In this document: one piece after another, positions 45,083-54,992 of the stretch
Numbering within the stretch: position 1 is the stretch's first letter
Layout of the letters: every line of letters starts with the position of its first letter
DNA from: Candidatus Hebobacterum abditum
GTDB lineage: Bacteria > Armatimonadota > Hebobacteria > Hebobacterales > Hebobacteraceae
Direction: 5' to 3'
NCBI GenBank assembly: GCA_029821875.1
Contig: JALGXW010000001.1
Location: forward strand, 88,089-152,088
DNA length: 64,000 bases
Position numbers and translations under genes: made by a program
The notes under the pieces: generated by a model
Told to the model about the DNA's origin: nothing
Databases searched by the model: none
Seen by the model: the letters and a program-made list of their open reading frames with translations, nothing else

Positions 45083-46789
45083 GTGCGGACCCGCGAGCTC
45101 TTTGCCCCCACACTGCGACAGATCTCAGGCGAGGTGGAGTTGGCGAGCCATCGGCTGTTGCTGCGCGCTGGTTTCGTGCGCCAGCTCGCGGCGGGGATGT
45201 ACTCGCTTCTGCCCCTGGGACTGCGGGTGGTGCGCAAGATTGAGAATATCGTACGCGAGGAGATGGACGCGGCCGGCGCGCAGGAGCTGTTCCTCCCGGC
45301 GCTCCATCCGCTCGAACTCTGGGAGAAGACGGGCCGTGCCCAGTACTGGGGCGACGAGCTCATGAAGCTCAAAGACCGGACAGGGCGGCCGTTCTGTCTG
45401 GGGGGAACGCACGAGGAGGTCATCACCCAGCTCGCGTCGGAGGTGAAGTCCTATCGCGAGCTGCCGTTCACCCTCTATCAGATTCAGACGAAGTTCCGAG
45501 ATGACCCGCGGCCGCGAGGTGGGCTGATCCGCGTTCGCGAATTCACGATGAAGGACGCCTACAGCTTCGATCGCGATGTTCCCGGCCTCGACTCCTCGTA
45601 CGAGACGATGGTGGAAGCGTACCATAAGATCATGCAGCGCGTCGGGCTGCCCTACCACGTCGTGGACGCGTCGGGGGGAGGCATCGGCGGGTGGGACACG
45701 AGGGAGTTCGAACTGCCGACCGAGGCCGGCGAGAGCCATTACCTCCGGTGCGACTCCTGTGGCTATGCCGCCACGCCGGAGGTGGCGCAGTGCAAAGCTG
45801 AGATCGAGCCGCCGACCGAGGAAGAGCAGGCCTTGGAGCGCGTCGACACACCGGATCGGCGAACCATTGAGGAGGTCACGGAGTTCCTGGGCGTGCCGCC
45901 GAAGAAGCTCGTCAAGACCCTGATCTATGAGGCCGACGGGCGGGTGGTGGCCGCCTTGGTCCGGGGCGACCGGGATCTCAGCGAGGACAAGCTCCAGCTC
46001 GCCTTGGGCGCGAAGAAGCTCGAGATGGCGGAGGCAGCGACGATCGAGCGAGTGAGCAGCGCGCCGGTCGGTTTCGCGGGGCCGGTCGGCCTCAAGGAAG
46101 CAGAGATCCTGGCCGACAATGAGCTCCGTGGGGAGCGTAACTTCATCACCGGCGGCAACGAGGCCGACCTCCACCTGCGGAACGTGAACTTCGGACGCGA
46201 CTTCGAGGTGAAGGACTGGGCAGACCTGAGGAACGGGGAGGCGGGCGACCTTTGCCCGGGGTGCGGCGAGCCACTGAGGGCCTACCGAGGCATCGAGCTA
46301 GCCCACGTGTTCAAGCTGGGCACGATCTACAGCGAACCGCTTGAAGCACACTTCCTGGACGAGGACGGAGAGCGGAAGCCCATGGTGATGGGCTGCTATG
46401 GGCTCGGCACGACTCGCATGATGGCGGCCGTCGTCGAGCGCTTCAACGACGACGCCGGGATCATCTGGCCCATGGCGGTCGCTCCCTACGAGGCGGTCAT
46501 CATCCTTCTGAACCACGACGACGAGGAGCACCGCGCCATTGCGGAGCAGCTCTATGTCGAGCTTCAGCAGGATGGCTTCGAGGTCTTACTGGAAGACCGG
46601 CCCGAGCGGGCCGGAGTGAAGTTCAAGGATGCGGACCTGATAGGCATCCCGGGTCAGATCGTCGTCGGCCGGCTGGCAGGAGAAGGGAAGGTGGAGGTCC
46701 GTCGCCGAGGTGGCGAGAGCCGGACCGTGCCAGTTGGCGAGGCCGGCGGCACCCTGCGAGAGCTGCTCTCAAGCAACCTCCCAGCCTGA
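45083..46789 (+). CDS. proS: Proline--tRNA ligase (bacterial type with INS editing domain)
   Basis: SHRLLLRAG, THEE, YQIQTKFRD..RPR.GL.R.REF.MKDAYSF, HVFKLG, MGCYG.G, GVKFKDADLIG. Confidence 0.99.
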   Translation: MRTRELFAPTLRQISGEVELASHRLLLRAGFVRQLAAGMYSLLPLGLRVVRKIENIVREEMDAAGAQELFLPALHPLELWEKTGRAQYWGDELMKLKDRTGRPFCLGGTHEEVITQLASEVKSYRELPFTLYQIQTKFRDDPRPRGGLIRVREFTMKDAYSFDRDVPGLDSSYETMVEAYHKIMQRVGLPYHVVDASGGGIGGWDTREFELPTEAGESHYLRCDSCGYAATPEVAQCKAEIEPPTEEEQALERVDTPDRRTIEEVTEFLGVPPKKLVKTLIYEADGRVVAALVRGDRDLSEDKLQLALGAKKLEMAEAATIERVSSAPVGFAGPVGLKEAEILADNELRGERNFITGGNEADLHLRNVNFGRDFEVKDWADLRNGEAGDLCPGCGEPLRAYRGIELAHVFKLGTIYSEPLEAHFLDEDGERKPMVMGCYGLGTTRMMAAVVERFNDDAGIIWPMAVAPYEAVIILLNHDDEEHRAIAEQLYVELQQDGFEVLLEDRPERAGVKFKDADLIGIPGQIVVGRLAGEGKVEVRRRGGESRTVPVGEAGGTLRELLSSNLPA

Positions 46790-46801
46790 AGCGAGGAGAC
46801 C

Positions 46802-47455
46802 ATGGATCCGCTCTCGGTGCTGGAGAAACTAGCTGTCGCAGTTGTCTGCGGCGGGGTTGTAGGATGGCAGAGAGAGGCCCGCGACCGACCGGCCGGCCTG
46901 CGGACCCATGTTCTCGTCTGCCTCGGTTCAGCCGTCTATACGCTGGCCTCGCTGAGCTTCAGCAGTCCTCCGGCCGACCCAGGCCGTGTTGCCGCGCAGG
47001 TGGCCACGGGGATGGGGTTCCTGGGCGCGGGCACCATCATCCGGCACGGCAACATCGTCAGGGGGCTCACCACGGCGGCCAGCCTCTGGGCGGTTGCTGC
47101 CATTGGCCTGTGTGTGGGCATCGGGGGGCAGGCCATGTGGATCGCCGGCATCGCGACGTTGATAGTGCTCCTGACTCTCACTGTTCTACGTCGGCTGGAG
47201 GCGGTTCTTCTGCCTGGCATGCGCGTCTCACACCTCAGCGTGCGTGTGCGATCGGGCTCCGGCCGGCTGGAGGCCATTCGGCGGGCCCTGGGTGAGAAAG
47301 GGGTCGAGATAGAGTCGATCGAGATGTCGGAGGTGGGCCCGGACGGTGTTCAGGAGCTCCACCTGCGCGTGCTGCTGCCGAGAGACTGCGATGTGACCGA
47401 TCTCGGTTCCGACCTGGCAGAGCTCGAAGGCTTCGTCGGGCTCCGCTGCGAGTAG
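46802..47455 (+). CDS. MgtC/SapB family membrane protein
   Basis: RPAGLRTHVLV, DPGRVAAQVATGMGFLGAGTI, GLTTAASLW; ACT-like C-terminus. Confidence 0.95.
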   Translation: MDPLSVLEKLAVAVVCGGVVGWQREARDRPAGLRTHVLVCLGSAVYTLASLSFSSPPADPGRVAAQVATGMGFLGAGTIIRHGNIVRGLTTAASLWAVAAIGLCVGIGGQAMWIAGIATLIVLLTLTVLRRLEAVLLPGMRVSHLSVRVRSGSGRLEAIRRALGEKGVEIESIEMSEVGPDGVQELHLRVLLPRDCDVTDLGSDLAELEGFVGLRCE

Positions 47456-47477
47456 CCCCTTTCGCCCCCGCGCGACG

Positions 47478-47506
47478 TTGACAGGCACGACCCTCTGTCC
47501 TATACT
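47478..47506 (+). promoter_or_regulatory. Near-consensus sigma70 promoter of the ABC cassette
   Basis: TTGACA, 17 nt, TATACT. Confidence 0.8.
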
Positions 47507-47688
47507 ACTCGCTCCTTCTGAGTTCTCAGTTCGGGATAGGTTGAGCGTCCGTCCCTGAGCGTCGGGCGCCCAGGCCCGTCTTTGACATCTCTCTCCCTCG
47601 TACCACTCCGACGTGTCCGCAGGCGCGGGCGCGTCGGCGTTTGGCGTGGCCCCGGGCGTGTGTCGAGATCGCTTCTAGGGGGATAGGC

Positions 47689-48672
47689 ATGCCGCAGATA
47701 GTCGTCGACGATCTCGTCAAGACCTTCCGCGTCGCCGAGCGCCAGCCAGGCCTATGGGGCGCCGCTCGCGGACTGCTGAAACGGCGACACCGCACGGTCG
47801 AGGCGCTGGCCGGCGTCTCGTTCGGCATCGAGACGGGCGAGCTGGTCGGATACATCGGGCCGAATGGCGCGGGGAAGTCAACGACCGTCAAGGTGCTCGC
47901 GGGCATCCTCGTGCCGGACTCCGGCCGCTGCGAGGTGCTTGGCCGCGTCCCGTGGCGGGAACGGGTCGCCAACGCGCGCGAGATAGGCGTCGTGTTTGGG
48001 CAGCGGACACAGCTATGGTGGGACCTGCCTGTGATCGAGTCCTTCGAGTTGCTGCGGGATATCTACCGGGTGTCCCCACAAGCCCACCTCCGGTCCCGCG
48101 ATGAGCTCGTGGACATGCTCGACATGGAGCCCCTTCTCGATGTGCCGGTACGGCAGTTGAGCCTGGGCCAGCGCATGCGGTGCGACCTGGCCGCGGCGCT
48201 GTTGCACTCGCCGCCGGTTCTCTACTTGGACGAGCCGACCATCGGGTTGGATGCCGTGTCCAAGCTCGCAGTCCGCGACTTCGTGCGCCAACTGAATCGG
48301 GAACGCGGCGTCACCATCATCCTGACGACTCACGATATGGATGATATCGAGGCGCTGTGCACCCGCATCATCGTCATCAACGAGGGACACATACTGTCCG
48401 ATGGCACGCTCAACGACCTGCGAGCCCGCGTCACCACCGAGCGTTGGCTCATCGTCGACCTGGCCGAGGAAGACGGAGACGTTGCCGATCCGCAGGCCAC
48501 CGTCATCAGCCGGGAGGGCCATCGCGTGTGCCTGCGCTTCGATCCGGACGAGGTCAGCGCGGCCGAGCTGATTGGTCGGATCACTGCTGGGCACGCCATC
48601 CGTGATCTCTTCGTGGAGAACCCGCCCATCGAGGAGATCATCGCGCGGCTCTACGGGGAGCAGTGCCGATGA
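47689..48672 (+). CDS. ABC-2 type exporter ATP-binding protein
   Basis: GPNGAGKST, FGQRTQLWWDLP, LSLGQRMR, YLDEPTIGLD, TTHD. Confidence 0.96.
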   Translation: MPQIVVDDLVKTFRVAERQPGLWGAARGLLKRRHRTVEALAGVSFGIETGELVGYIGPNGAGKSTTVKVLAGILVPDSGRCEVLGRVPWRERVANAREIGVVFGQRTQLWWDLPVIESFELLRDIYRVSPQAHLRSRDELVDMLDMEPLLDVPVRQLSLGQRMRCDLAAALLHSPPVLYLDEPTIGLDAVSKLAVRDFVRQLNRERGVTIILTTHDMDDIEALCTRIIVINEGHILSDGTLNDLRARVTTERWLIVDLAEEDGDVADPQATVISREGHRVCLRFDPDEVSAAELIGRITAGHAIRDLFVENPPIEEIIARLYGEQCR

Positions 48673-49460
48673 CACCATACTGGGCCATCCTCAGCGCGCG
48701 CTTCCGGATGCTCCTCCAGTACCGCGCGGCGGCCGCCGCCGGCTTTGGCACGCAGCTCTTCTGGGGCCTCATTCGCGTCATGATATTCGAGGCCTTCTAT
48801 CGCTCCACCACCAGCGCGCAGCCGATGAGCTATCAGGAAGTCGTCACCTACATCTGGCTCGGCCAGGCGCTCCTCGCCCTCCTCCCGTGGAACTACGACC
48901 GGGACATCCACGCTCTGGTTCGGTCCGGCAATGTGGCCTATGAGCTGCTGCGCCCCCTCGACCTCTACTGGCACTGGTATGCGCGAGCGGTGGCCTGGCG
49001 AGTGGCTCCGGCGGTGCTCCGCGCGCTTCCCATGTTCATCGTCGCCGGCCTGTTCTTCGGCCTGCAGGCGCCGGTCTCGTGGGCATCCTTCGGGGCCTGG
49101 CTCATTGCATTGGTCGGCGCGCTGCTACTGTCCGCCGCCATTACGACTCTCGTCAACATCTCGCTCATGTGGACGATCGCCGGTGACGGCATCGCAACAC
49201 TAGTCTCGACGCTGGTCATCATACTGTCCGGCATGGTCGTCCCGCTTCCGTTCTTCCCGGACTGGGCCCAATCTATCCTCAACTTCCTTCCATTCCGTGG
49301 ACTCGTCGACGTCCCATTCCGGCTCTATATGGGCCACCTCCCGCCCGGTGACATCTATGGGTTGTTCGCCCATCAGCTCGGTTGGACGCTCGCCCTGGTG
49401 GCCGTCAGCCACCACGTGCTCGGCCGAGGCACGCGCCGACTCGTGGTGCAGGGAGGCTGA
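48669..49460 (+). CDS. ABC-2 family permease (DUF990-type)
   Basis: LQYR, YIWLGQ, GNVAYELLRP, SG.VVPLPFFP; ATGA coupling. Confidence 0.92.
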   Translation: MTPYWAILSARFRMLLQYRAAAAAGFGTQLFWGLIRVMIFEAFYRSTTSAQPMSYQEVVTYIWLGQALLALLPWNYDRDIHALVRSGNVAYELLRPLDLYWHWYARAVAWRVAPAVLRALPMFIVAGLFFGLQAPVSWASFGAWLIALVGALLLSAAITTLVNISLMWTIAGDGIATLVSTLVIILSGMVVPLPFFPDWAQSILNFLPFRGLVDVPFRLYMGHLPPGDIYGLFAHQLGWTLALVAVSHHVLGRGTRRLVVQGG

Positions 49461-50266
49461 TGATGCTGGGCGACTTCCGCCTCTACTTCCGCTACATCGG
49501 CATATCCGTCCGCTCACAGATGCAGTACCGCTGGTCCTTCATCATGATGACCATTGGGCACTTCCTCACCACCGGGATTGAGTTCGTCGGCATCTGGATC
49601 CTGTTCCAACGTTTCGGCAACATCAGGGGATGGTCGTTGGCCGAGGTCGCGCTCTGCTATGGGATCGTCAACATTGCCTTCTCCATCTCCGATGCCACGA
49701 CGCGCGGCTTCGACATGTTCCACATTATGGTGAAGGGCGGGGAGTTCGACCGCCTTCTCCTCCGGCCTCGGAGCACAGCCCTGCAGGTGGCCGGCCAGGA
49801 GCTCACTATGAGGAGAATCGGCCGGCTCACGCAGGGCCTTATCGTGCTTCTGTGGAGCGCGCACACCCTCGGCATTGTGTGGTCTCCTGCGAAGGTCGCC
49901 CTCACTGGCGCGGCGGCGCTCGGCGGCGCCTGTCTCTTCTGCGGCCTCTTCGTTCTCCAGGCCACGCTCGCGTTCTGGACCGTCGAGACGCTGGAGATCG
50001 TCAACACCGTCACCTACGGCGGAGTGGAGACGGCACAGTTCCCGCTGTCCATCTACCGGCCGTGGCTTCGCCGGTTCTTCACCGGTGTGATCCCCCTCGC
50101 GACTGTCAGCTACTTCCCCGCGCTGGCCATCCTTGGGCGGGGCGCGGGTTCAGCGGTGCCGCCGGCCCTACAGTGGGGCGCGCCGCTGGCCGGATTCGCG
50201 TTCCTGCTTGCCGCGCTGCAGGTGTGGAAGTTCGGCGTGCGGCATTACACTTCCACCGGAAGCTAG
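49460..50266 (+). CDS. ABC-2 family permease (DUF990-type)
   Basis: MQYRWSF, GEFDRLLLRP, FPLSIY, W..GVRHYTSTGS; TGATG coupling. Confidence 0.92.
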   Translation: MMLGDFRLYFRYIGISVRSQMQYRWSFIMMTIGHFLTTGIEFVGIWILFQRFGNIRGWSLAEVALCYGIVNIAFSISDATTRGFDMFHIMVKGGEFDRLLLRPRSTALQVAGQELTMRRIGRLTQGLIVLLWSAHTLGIVWSPAKVALTGAAALGGACLFCGLFVLQATLAFWTVETLEIVNTVTYGGVETAQFPLSIYRPWLRRFFTGVIPLATVSYFPALAILGRGAGSAVPPALQWGAPLAGFAFLLAALQVWKFGVRHYTSTGS

Positions 50267-50418
50267 GTGGTGAAGCTCCTCGCCGCGCGGAGGCCTCTGG
50301 CTCCCTCCCGAAGGCGCATGCCACGTGCTTCCGCAGGGCTGTGCCGCAGCAGGGGAGGAATAGGCAGCGGGGCGCAACAGACACGCCGGTTCGGCGAAGC
50401 TGGAGAGCGCGCTGTAGC

Positions 50419-50447
50419 TTGTCAATGGGTTCCCGCTGTGCTATACT
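50419..50447 (+). promoter_or_regulatory. Sigma70 promoter of the nusA-infB operon
   Basis: TTGTCA, 17 nt, TG-C-TATACT. Confidence 0.7.
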
Positions 50448-50476
50448 GACTTCGGGAACGAGGTTCTCGCGTTGGC

Positions 50477-50502
50477 GAAGAGTGGGAGTTGTCCCACTCT
50501 TC
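50477..50502 (+). promoter_or_regulatory. rimP-leader-like hairpin
   Basis: GAAGAGTGGGA-GTTG-TCCCACTCTTC is a perfect 11-bp stem with the AGAGTGGG/CCCACTCT core typical of rimP-nusA leaders. Confidence 0.75.
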
Positions 50503-50523
50503 AGCGTTAGAAAGCGTGCTGTG

Positions 50524-52119
50524 ATGCAGGTTGACTTCGTTCAAGCGCTGCGCGACATAGGTCGGGAGAAGGATATCCCGCTCGAGACGCTGAGCGAGAT
50601 AATCGAGGCCGCGCTTGTCTCAGCCTACAAGAAGCACTACGGCGCGAGCTGCGAGATCCATGTGGATATCGACTGGGACAACGGGACGGCCGCGGTATTC
50701 TGCCGCAGGCAGATCGTGGAGCACGTCGAGAACCCGCACACGGAGATGTCGCTTGCCGATGCCCGCCGGCTCGATCCGACGGTGGAGGAGCACGAATACC
50801 TCGACATCGAGGTCTCTCCTCGGGAGTTCGGACGCATTGCGGCGCAGACTGCCAAGCAGGTGGTTGCCCAGCGGATCCGCGAGGCCGAGCGCGACATCAT
50901 ATACGAAGAGTTCAGCAACCGAGACGGCGATGTTGTGACAGGCGTCGTGCAGCGGCGCGACGGCAGGACTGTCTTCATCGACATGGGCAAGGTCGAGGCC
51001 GTTCTTCCGGGGTCCGAGCAGAGCCCGATAGACAGTTACCGACCTGGCGAGCGGTTGAAGGTTTACATATTGGAGGTCAAGCGGACCACCAAGATACCGC
51101 GCGTCCTGGTCTCGCGAAGCCATCCTGGACTTCTGCGGAAGCTGTTCGAGCTCGAGGTGCCGGAGGTCCACGAGGGAATTGTCGAGATGAGGGCCCAGGC
51201 GCGGGAGGCAGGACACCGCTCGAAGGTAGCCGTTGTGTCCAAGCAAGAGAATGTTGACCCCGTCGGGGCCTGCGTGGGACACCGCGGGAGCCGTGTTCAG
51301 GCCGTCGTTGACGAGCTGCGCGGTGAGAAGGTAGATATCGTCCGTTGGGGCGATGATCCTGCGAAGTACGTCGCGAGCGCTCTGAGCCCGGCCAGGGTGA
51401 GCCGAGTCATCATCGACGAGGAAACTCGATCCGCAACCGTAGTCGCGCCCGACAATCAGCTGTCCTTGGCAATCGGCCGCGAGGGCCAGAACGTCAGGCT
51501 GGCAGCCCGGCTGACGGGCTGGCGCATCGACATAAGAAGCGAGGCCCAGATCGCCGAGCAGGCGGCGGCCGAAGCAGTCGCGCCAGAGGCCGAGCAGGAG
51601 GCGGCTGAAGCGGTCGCGTCAGAGGCCGAGGAGGGGGTGGCTGAAGCGGTCGCGTCAGAGGCCGAGCAGGCGGAGGCTGAAGCGGTCGCGTCAGAGGCCG
51701 AGGAGGGGGTGGCCGAAGCGGTCGCGTCAGAGGCCGAGCAAGAGGTGGCTGAAGCGGTCGCGTCAGAGGCCGAGCAAGAGGTGGCTGAAGCCGTCGCGTC
51801 AGAGGCCGAGGAGGTCGAAGAGGCGACGCTGCCAGCGACAGTGGATGGCGCAGGCGATGAGCCGGCCGGGGAGGGGGCCGCTGCCGCTCCGGTGGCGCCA
51901 GAGGTATCTGAGGAGGAGCCAGGCACTCCCCAAGCAGAGCCTGGCGAGCCGGTTCCGGTGGGCGCTGAGCAGGTCGAGGCAGAGGAAGAGGCGCCGCTCG
52001 AGGCAGGCGCGGCGGAGATGGCCTCCGAGGACGAGCGCAACGAGAAGAGGGAATCCGCGCCCGAGGCCGGCGCGGCGGTTGCCAACGACGAGCCCTCGTC
52101 TACGGCCGGAGCCGAATGA
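50524..52119 (+). CDS. nusA: Transcription termination/antitermination factor with a long acidic tail
   Basis: FGRIAAQTAKQV..QRIREAER, LEVPE, REAG.RSKVAV, DPVGACVG.RGSRV, SLAIGREGQNVRLAARLTGWRIDI. Confidence 0.98.
   Translation: MQVDFVQALRDIGREKDIPLETLSEIIEAALVSAYKKHYGASCEIHVDIDWDNGTAAVFCRRQIVEHVENPHTEMSLADARRLDPTVEEHEYLDIEVSPREFGRIAAQTAKQVVAQRIREAERDIIYEEFSNRDGDVVTGVVQRRDGRTVFIDMGKVEAVLPGSEQSPIDSYRPGERLKVYILEVKRTTKIPRVLVSRSHPGLLRKLFELEVPEVHEGIVEMRAQAREAGHRSKVAVVSKQENVDPVGACVGHRGSRVQAVVDELRGEKVDIVRWGDDPAKYVASALSPARVSRVIIDEETRSATVVAPDNQLSLAIGREGQNVRLAARLTGWRIDIRSEAQIAEQAAAEAVAPEAEQEAAEAVASEAEEGVAEAVASEAEQAEAEAVASEAEEGVAEAVASEAEQEVAEAVASEAEQEVAEAVASEAEEVEEATLPATVDGAGDEPAGEGAAAAPVAPEVSEEEPGTPQAEPGEPVPVGAEQVEAEEEAPLEAGAAEMASEDERNEKRESAPEAGAAVANDEPSSTAGAE
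51568..51819 (+). repeat. In-frame tandem repeat, about 7 x 36 bp (AEAVASEAEQEV-like 12-mer) in nusA
   Basis: GC(T/C)GAAGCGGTCGCGTCAGAGGCCGAG recurs with a 36-nt period. Confidence 0.92.
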
Positions 52120-52379
52120 GACGATCGCCGCGGGTGCCACAGCGTACGTGCGTCGCCTGTCGCCAAGTCCGGCCGAAGGGGGAGTTGCTTCGTGTCGTTC
52201 GGACGCCGCAAGGAGACGTGCTGGTCGACGCGACCGGAAAGTCGGCCGGCCGCGGCGCCTATGTGTGCCGTAGTCGGCAGTGCGCCGAGCGAGCGGTGGG
52301 GCAGAAGAAGCTGGCGCGGGCGCTCGGAGTCGCCGTCGAGTCACATCTGCTTGAGTGCATCGTGAGTGAGTTGGGGTGA
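52116..52379 (+). CDS. ylxR: YlxR (RnpM) family RNA-binding protein
   Basis: PQRTCVACR, LLRVVR, GRGAYVC; coupled to the nusA stop. Confidence 0.93.
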   Translation: MRRSPRVPQRTCVACRQVRPKGELLRVVRTPQGDVLVDATGKSAGRGAYVCRSRQCAERAVGQKKLARALGVAVESHLLECIVSELG

Positions 52380-52521
52380 GCGGGGAGACGAGGTGATGGG
52401 CGCTACACTGTCGCGATGGCATGACCGAGGCGGGCGTGCGGTGCTGGGAGACCTGCGCCTCTATACGGTGATGCGCGGGTCTTCACGGGGATGAAGTGCC
52501 TGGAGGAGAGGCGAGCGCCGA

Positions 52522-54684
52522 ATGAGGGTCTATGAGCTCGCGAATCAGCTAGGGGTCAAGAGCAAGGACGTCCTGCTGCTCCTGGAGGAACTCGGGGTCG
52601 GCGGCAAGACGGCCAGCTCGACCGTGCCGCCTGTCTACCTCGGCCAGATAAGAGCTCGGTTTGGCGGCGAGGAAGAAGCAGCCGAGGCCGAAGCGCCCTC
52701 GCCTGCTCCCGAAGAGAAGAAGCCTGTCGCCGAGAAGAAGCCCGAGGAGGCCGCGGCGGCAGTCGCCGGGCAGCCGGAGACTCCGAGCGCGCCGGTCGAA
52801 GAGGAAGCCGCTGAGGGCGGGGAAGAGAGGGTGAAGCTCAAGGCTCCCTTCACGGCAGTGGACTTTGCTGCCGCCCTCGACACTGATGCAGAGAACATCG
52901 TGAAGGCGGCGGCCGACCTTGGGGAGTCCATCGAGGAGAACGCTGTCGTGCCGACAGAGCTCGCCCTCCTCATCGGCGAGCAGTGGGGCTACGCAGTACA
53001 GATCGAGGAGCCGGAGGTCGTCGAGGAGCCGGCCGAGCCTGCCGAAGAGGAGGCGCCGGCCGAAGCGGCAGCAGTTGAAGAAGCCGTTGCCGAGGCCGCC
53101 GAAGAGGCGGAGGCGCCAGCGCCACCACCTCTCAAGGTCGTCCCGCGGCGGACTGCGCCGCCGGATGCTCCGCCGCGGCCGCCTGTCGTGACGGTGCTCG
53201 GGCACGTGGATCACGGCAAGACGACGCTGCTGGACGCGATCCGTGAGAGCAACGTTGTCGAGCAGGAGCCCGGCGCCATCACTCAGCACATCGGCGCCTA
53301 TCAGATAGAGGTCAAGGGCAAGCCCCTGACTTTCATCGACACGCCCGGGCACGAGGCCTTTACTGCGATGCGAGCGCGCGGCGCCCAGGTGACAGACATT
53401 GCCGTGCTCGTCGTGGCCGCCGACGACGGCGTAATGCCGCAGACGCTTGAGGCCGTCGATCACGCGCAAGCGGCCGGCGTACCGATAGTCGTGGCCATCA
53501 ACAAGATAGACCGGGCGCCTGCTGGCTCCGACGCGGTCAAGCAGCGGCTGACTGAGAAGGGCCTGGTGCCCGAGGAATGGGGCGGGGAGACGATCTACGT
53601 GCAGATGTCCGCGCTGGAGAAGACCGGCATAGGCGACCTCCTGGACATGATAGTGCTGATGTCGGAGATGAGGGAGTTCCGCGCGGAGAGAGACAAGCCC
53701 GCGGAGGGAGTGGTGCTGGAGGGGGAGCTCGATAAGCGCCGCGGCAGTGTGGCAACGCTGCTGGTGCAGGAAGGGGTCTTGCGCAGGGGCGACAGCCTGG
53801 TGGCTGGTCCTGTGGCTGGCAAGGTTCGGGCGATGATGGACGACCGGGGCAACCGGCTGAAGGAGGCCGGCCCCTCCACCGCCGTCCAGGTGATGGGCTT
53901 GTCCGAGGTCCCCGAGGCGAGCGAGCTGTTCCGGGTCGTCGAGAGCGACAGGACGGCGAGAACGCTGGCGACGGAGGAGAGGGAAAGCCAACGCGAGGCC
54001 GAGCTGAGGGCCGCCGGCCCGACATCGATGCTGGAATTGTCGCAGCTCTTCGCGGAGGGGGGCGCCAAGATCCTGAACCTCGTGCTGAAAGCCGATGCGC
54101 AGGGAACGGCCGAGGCCATCTCGGCCGCGCTGTCACCGATCGGCAATGAAGAGGTGGGTCTCGACATACTGCACTCGGGTGTGGGCGATGTGAGCGAGTC
54201 AGATATCAGCCTGGCCGCCGCCACCAAACCGACGATCGTGATCGGCTTCCAGGTAAGCGCCGACGCGCAGGCGAGGCGGCTGGCCGCGGACGAAAGCATC
54301 GAGATCCGGCGTTACGAGGTGATATACGACCTGCTCGAAGATGTCCGCAGCACACTCTCCGGAATGCTCGAAGCCAAGATGGAAGAGGTCGTGATCGGCC
54401 AGGCCGAGGTGCGCGCTCTCTTCCAGTCATCCCGTCTGGGCACAATCGCGGGCTGCTACGTGCTGGAGGGCAGGATTGCCCGAGGCGGCACGGCCCGGGT
54501 CAGGCGGGGAGGCGAGGTCGTATTCGAGGGCCGGATCGGGTCGATGCGGCACCTGCAGGACGACGTGAGCGAGGTGGCTCAGGGCTTCGAGTGTGGGATC
54601 GTGCTGGAGGACTTCAACGACGTCCAGGTGGGAGACATCATCGAGTGTGTGGAAGAACGGGAGCTTCGCCGCGCCGTTCTCTAG
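52522..54684 (+). CDS. infB: Translation initiation factor IF-2
   Basis: RVYELA; [52 protein letters not shown]. Confidence 0.99.
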   Translation: MRVYELANQLGVKSKDVLLLLEELGVGGKTASSTVPPVYLGQIRARFGGEEEAAEAEAPSPAPEEKKPVAEKKPEEAAAAVAGQPETPSAPVEEEAAEGGEERVKLKAPFTAVDFAAALDTDAENIVKAAADLGESIEENAVVPTELALLIGEQWGYAVQIEEPEVVEEPAEPAEEEAPAEAAAVEEAVAEAAEEAEAPAPPPLKVVPRRTAPPDAPPRPPVVTVLGHVDHGKTTLLDAIRESNVVEQEPGAITQHIGAYQIEVKGKPLTFIDTPGHEAFTAMRARGAQVTDIAVLVVAADDGVMPQTLEAVDHAQAAGVPIVVAINKIDRAPAGSDAVKQRLTEKGLVPEEWGGETIYVQMSALEKTGIGDLLDMIVLMSEMREFRAERDKPAEGVVLEGELDKRRGSVATLLVQEGVLRRGDSLVAGPVAGKVRAMMDDRGNRLKEAGPSTAVQVMGLSEVPEASELFRVVESDRTARTLATEERESQREAELRAAGPTSMLELSQLFAEGGAKILNLVLKADAQGTAEAISAALSPIGNEEVGLDILHSGVGDVSESDISLAAATKPTIVIGFQVSADAQARRLAADESIEIRRYEVIYDLLEDVRSTLSGMLEAKMEEVVIGQAEVRALFQSSRLGTIAGCYVLEGRIARGGTARVRRGGEVVFEGRIGSMRHLQDDVSEVAQGFECGIVLEDFNDVQVGDIIECVEERELRRAVL

Positions 54685-54696
54685 GTTGCCGAAGAG

Positions 54697-54978
54697 ATGC
54701 ATATCGCTTCTCTCCGAGTCGTGCTGGAAGTCACTGACGGCCTCACTCTGAAGGACAAGCGGCAGGTCGTTCGGAGTCTGCTGGACCGTATCAGGAACCG
54801 CTTCAACGTGAGCGCCGCGGAGGTAGGAGCGAACGATTCGGTTCGCTACGCGGAGCTCGGCGCCGTCGCCGTTGCCAACGATCGCTCGTTTCTCGACCGG
54901 ATGATGGCCAAGGTGCTCGATCTCATCGAGGGGGAGCCGCGGGCCGTGCTGCTGGAGCAAGATCTCGAGTTCTACTGA
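54697..54978 (+). CDS. DUF503 (YlxP) family protein
   Basis: LKDKRQVVRSL...RNRFNVSAAEV; canonical position between infB and rbfA. Confidence 0.92.
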   Translation: MHIASLRVVLEVTDGLTLKDKRQVVRSLLDRIRNRFNVSAAEVGANDSVRYAELGAVAVANDRSFLDRMMAKVLDLIEGEPRAVLLEQDLEFY

Positions 54979-54992
54979 GGCGAGGCGGGCGT

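Noticed and set aside
47478-50266. ABC cassette as a mobile element
   Set aside because: It has its own promoter, but I saw no transposase, integrase, direct repeats or compositional shift.
49630-50523. Apparent 300-aa N-terminal extension of NusA (829-aa ORF)
   Set aside because: It overlaps the ABC permease out of frame and spans the promoter and leader hairpin. NusA homology begins at 50524.
51568-51819. 36-bp periodic repeat as a possible CRISPR array
   Set aside because: The units are contiguous, in frame within nusA, and lack unique spacers. There are no cas genes.
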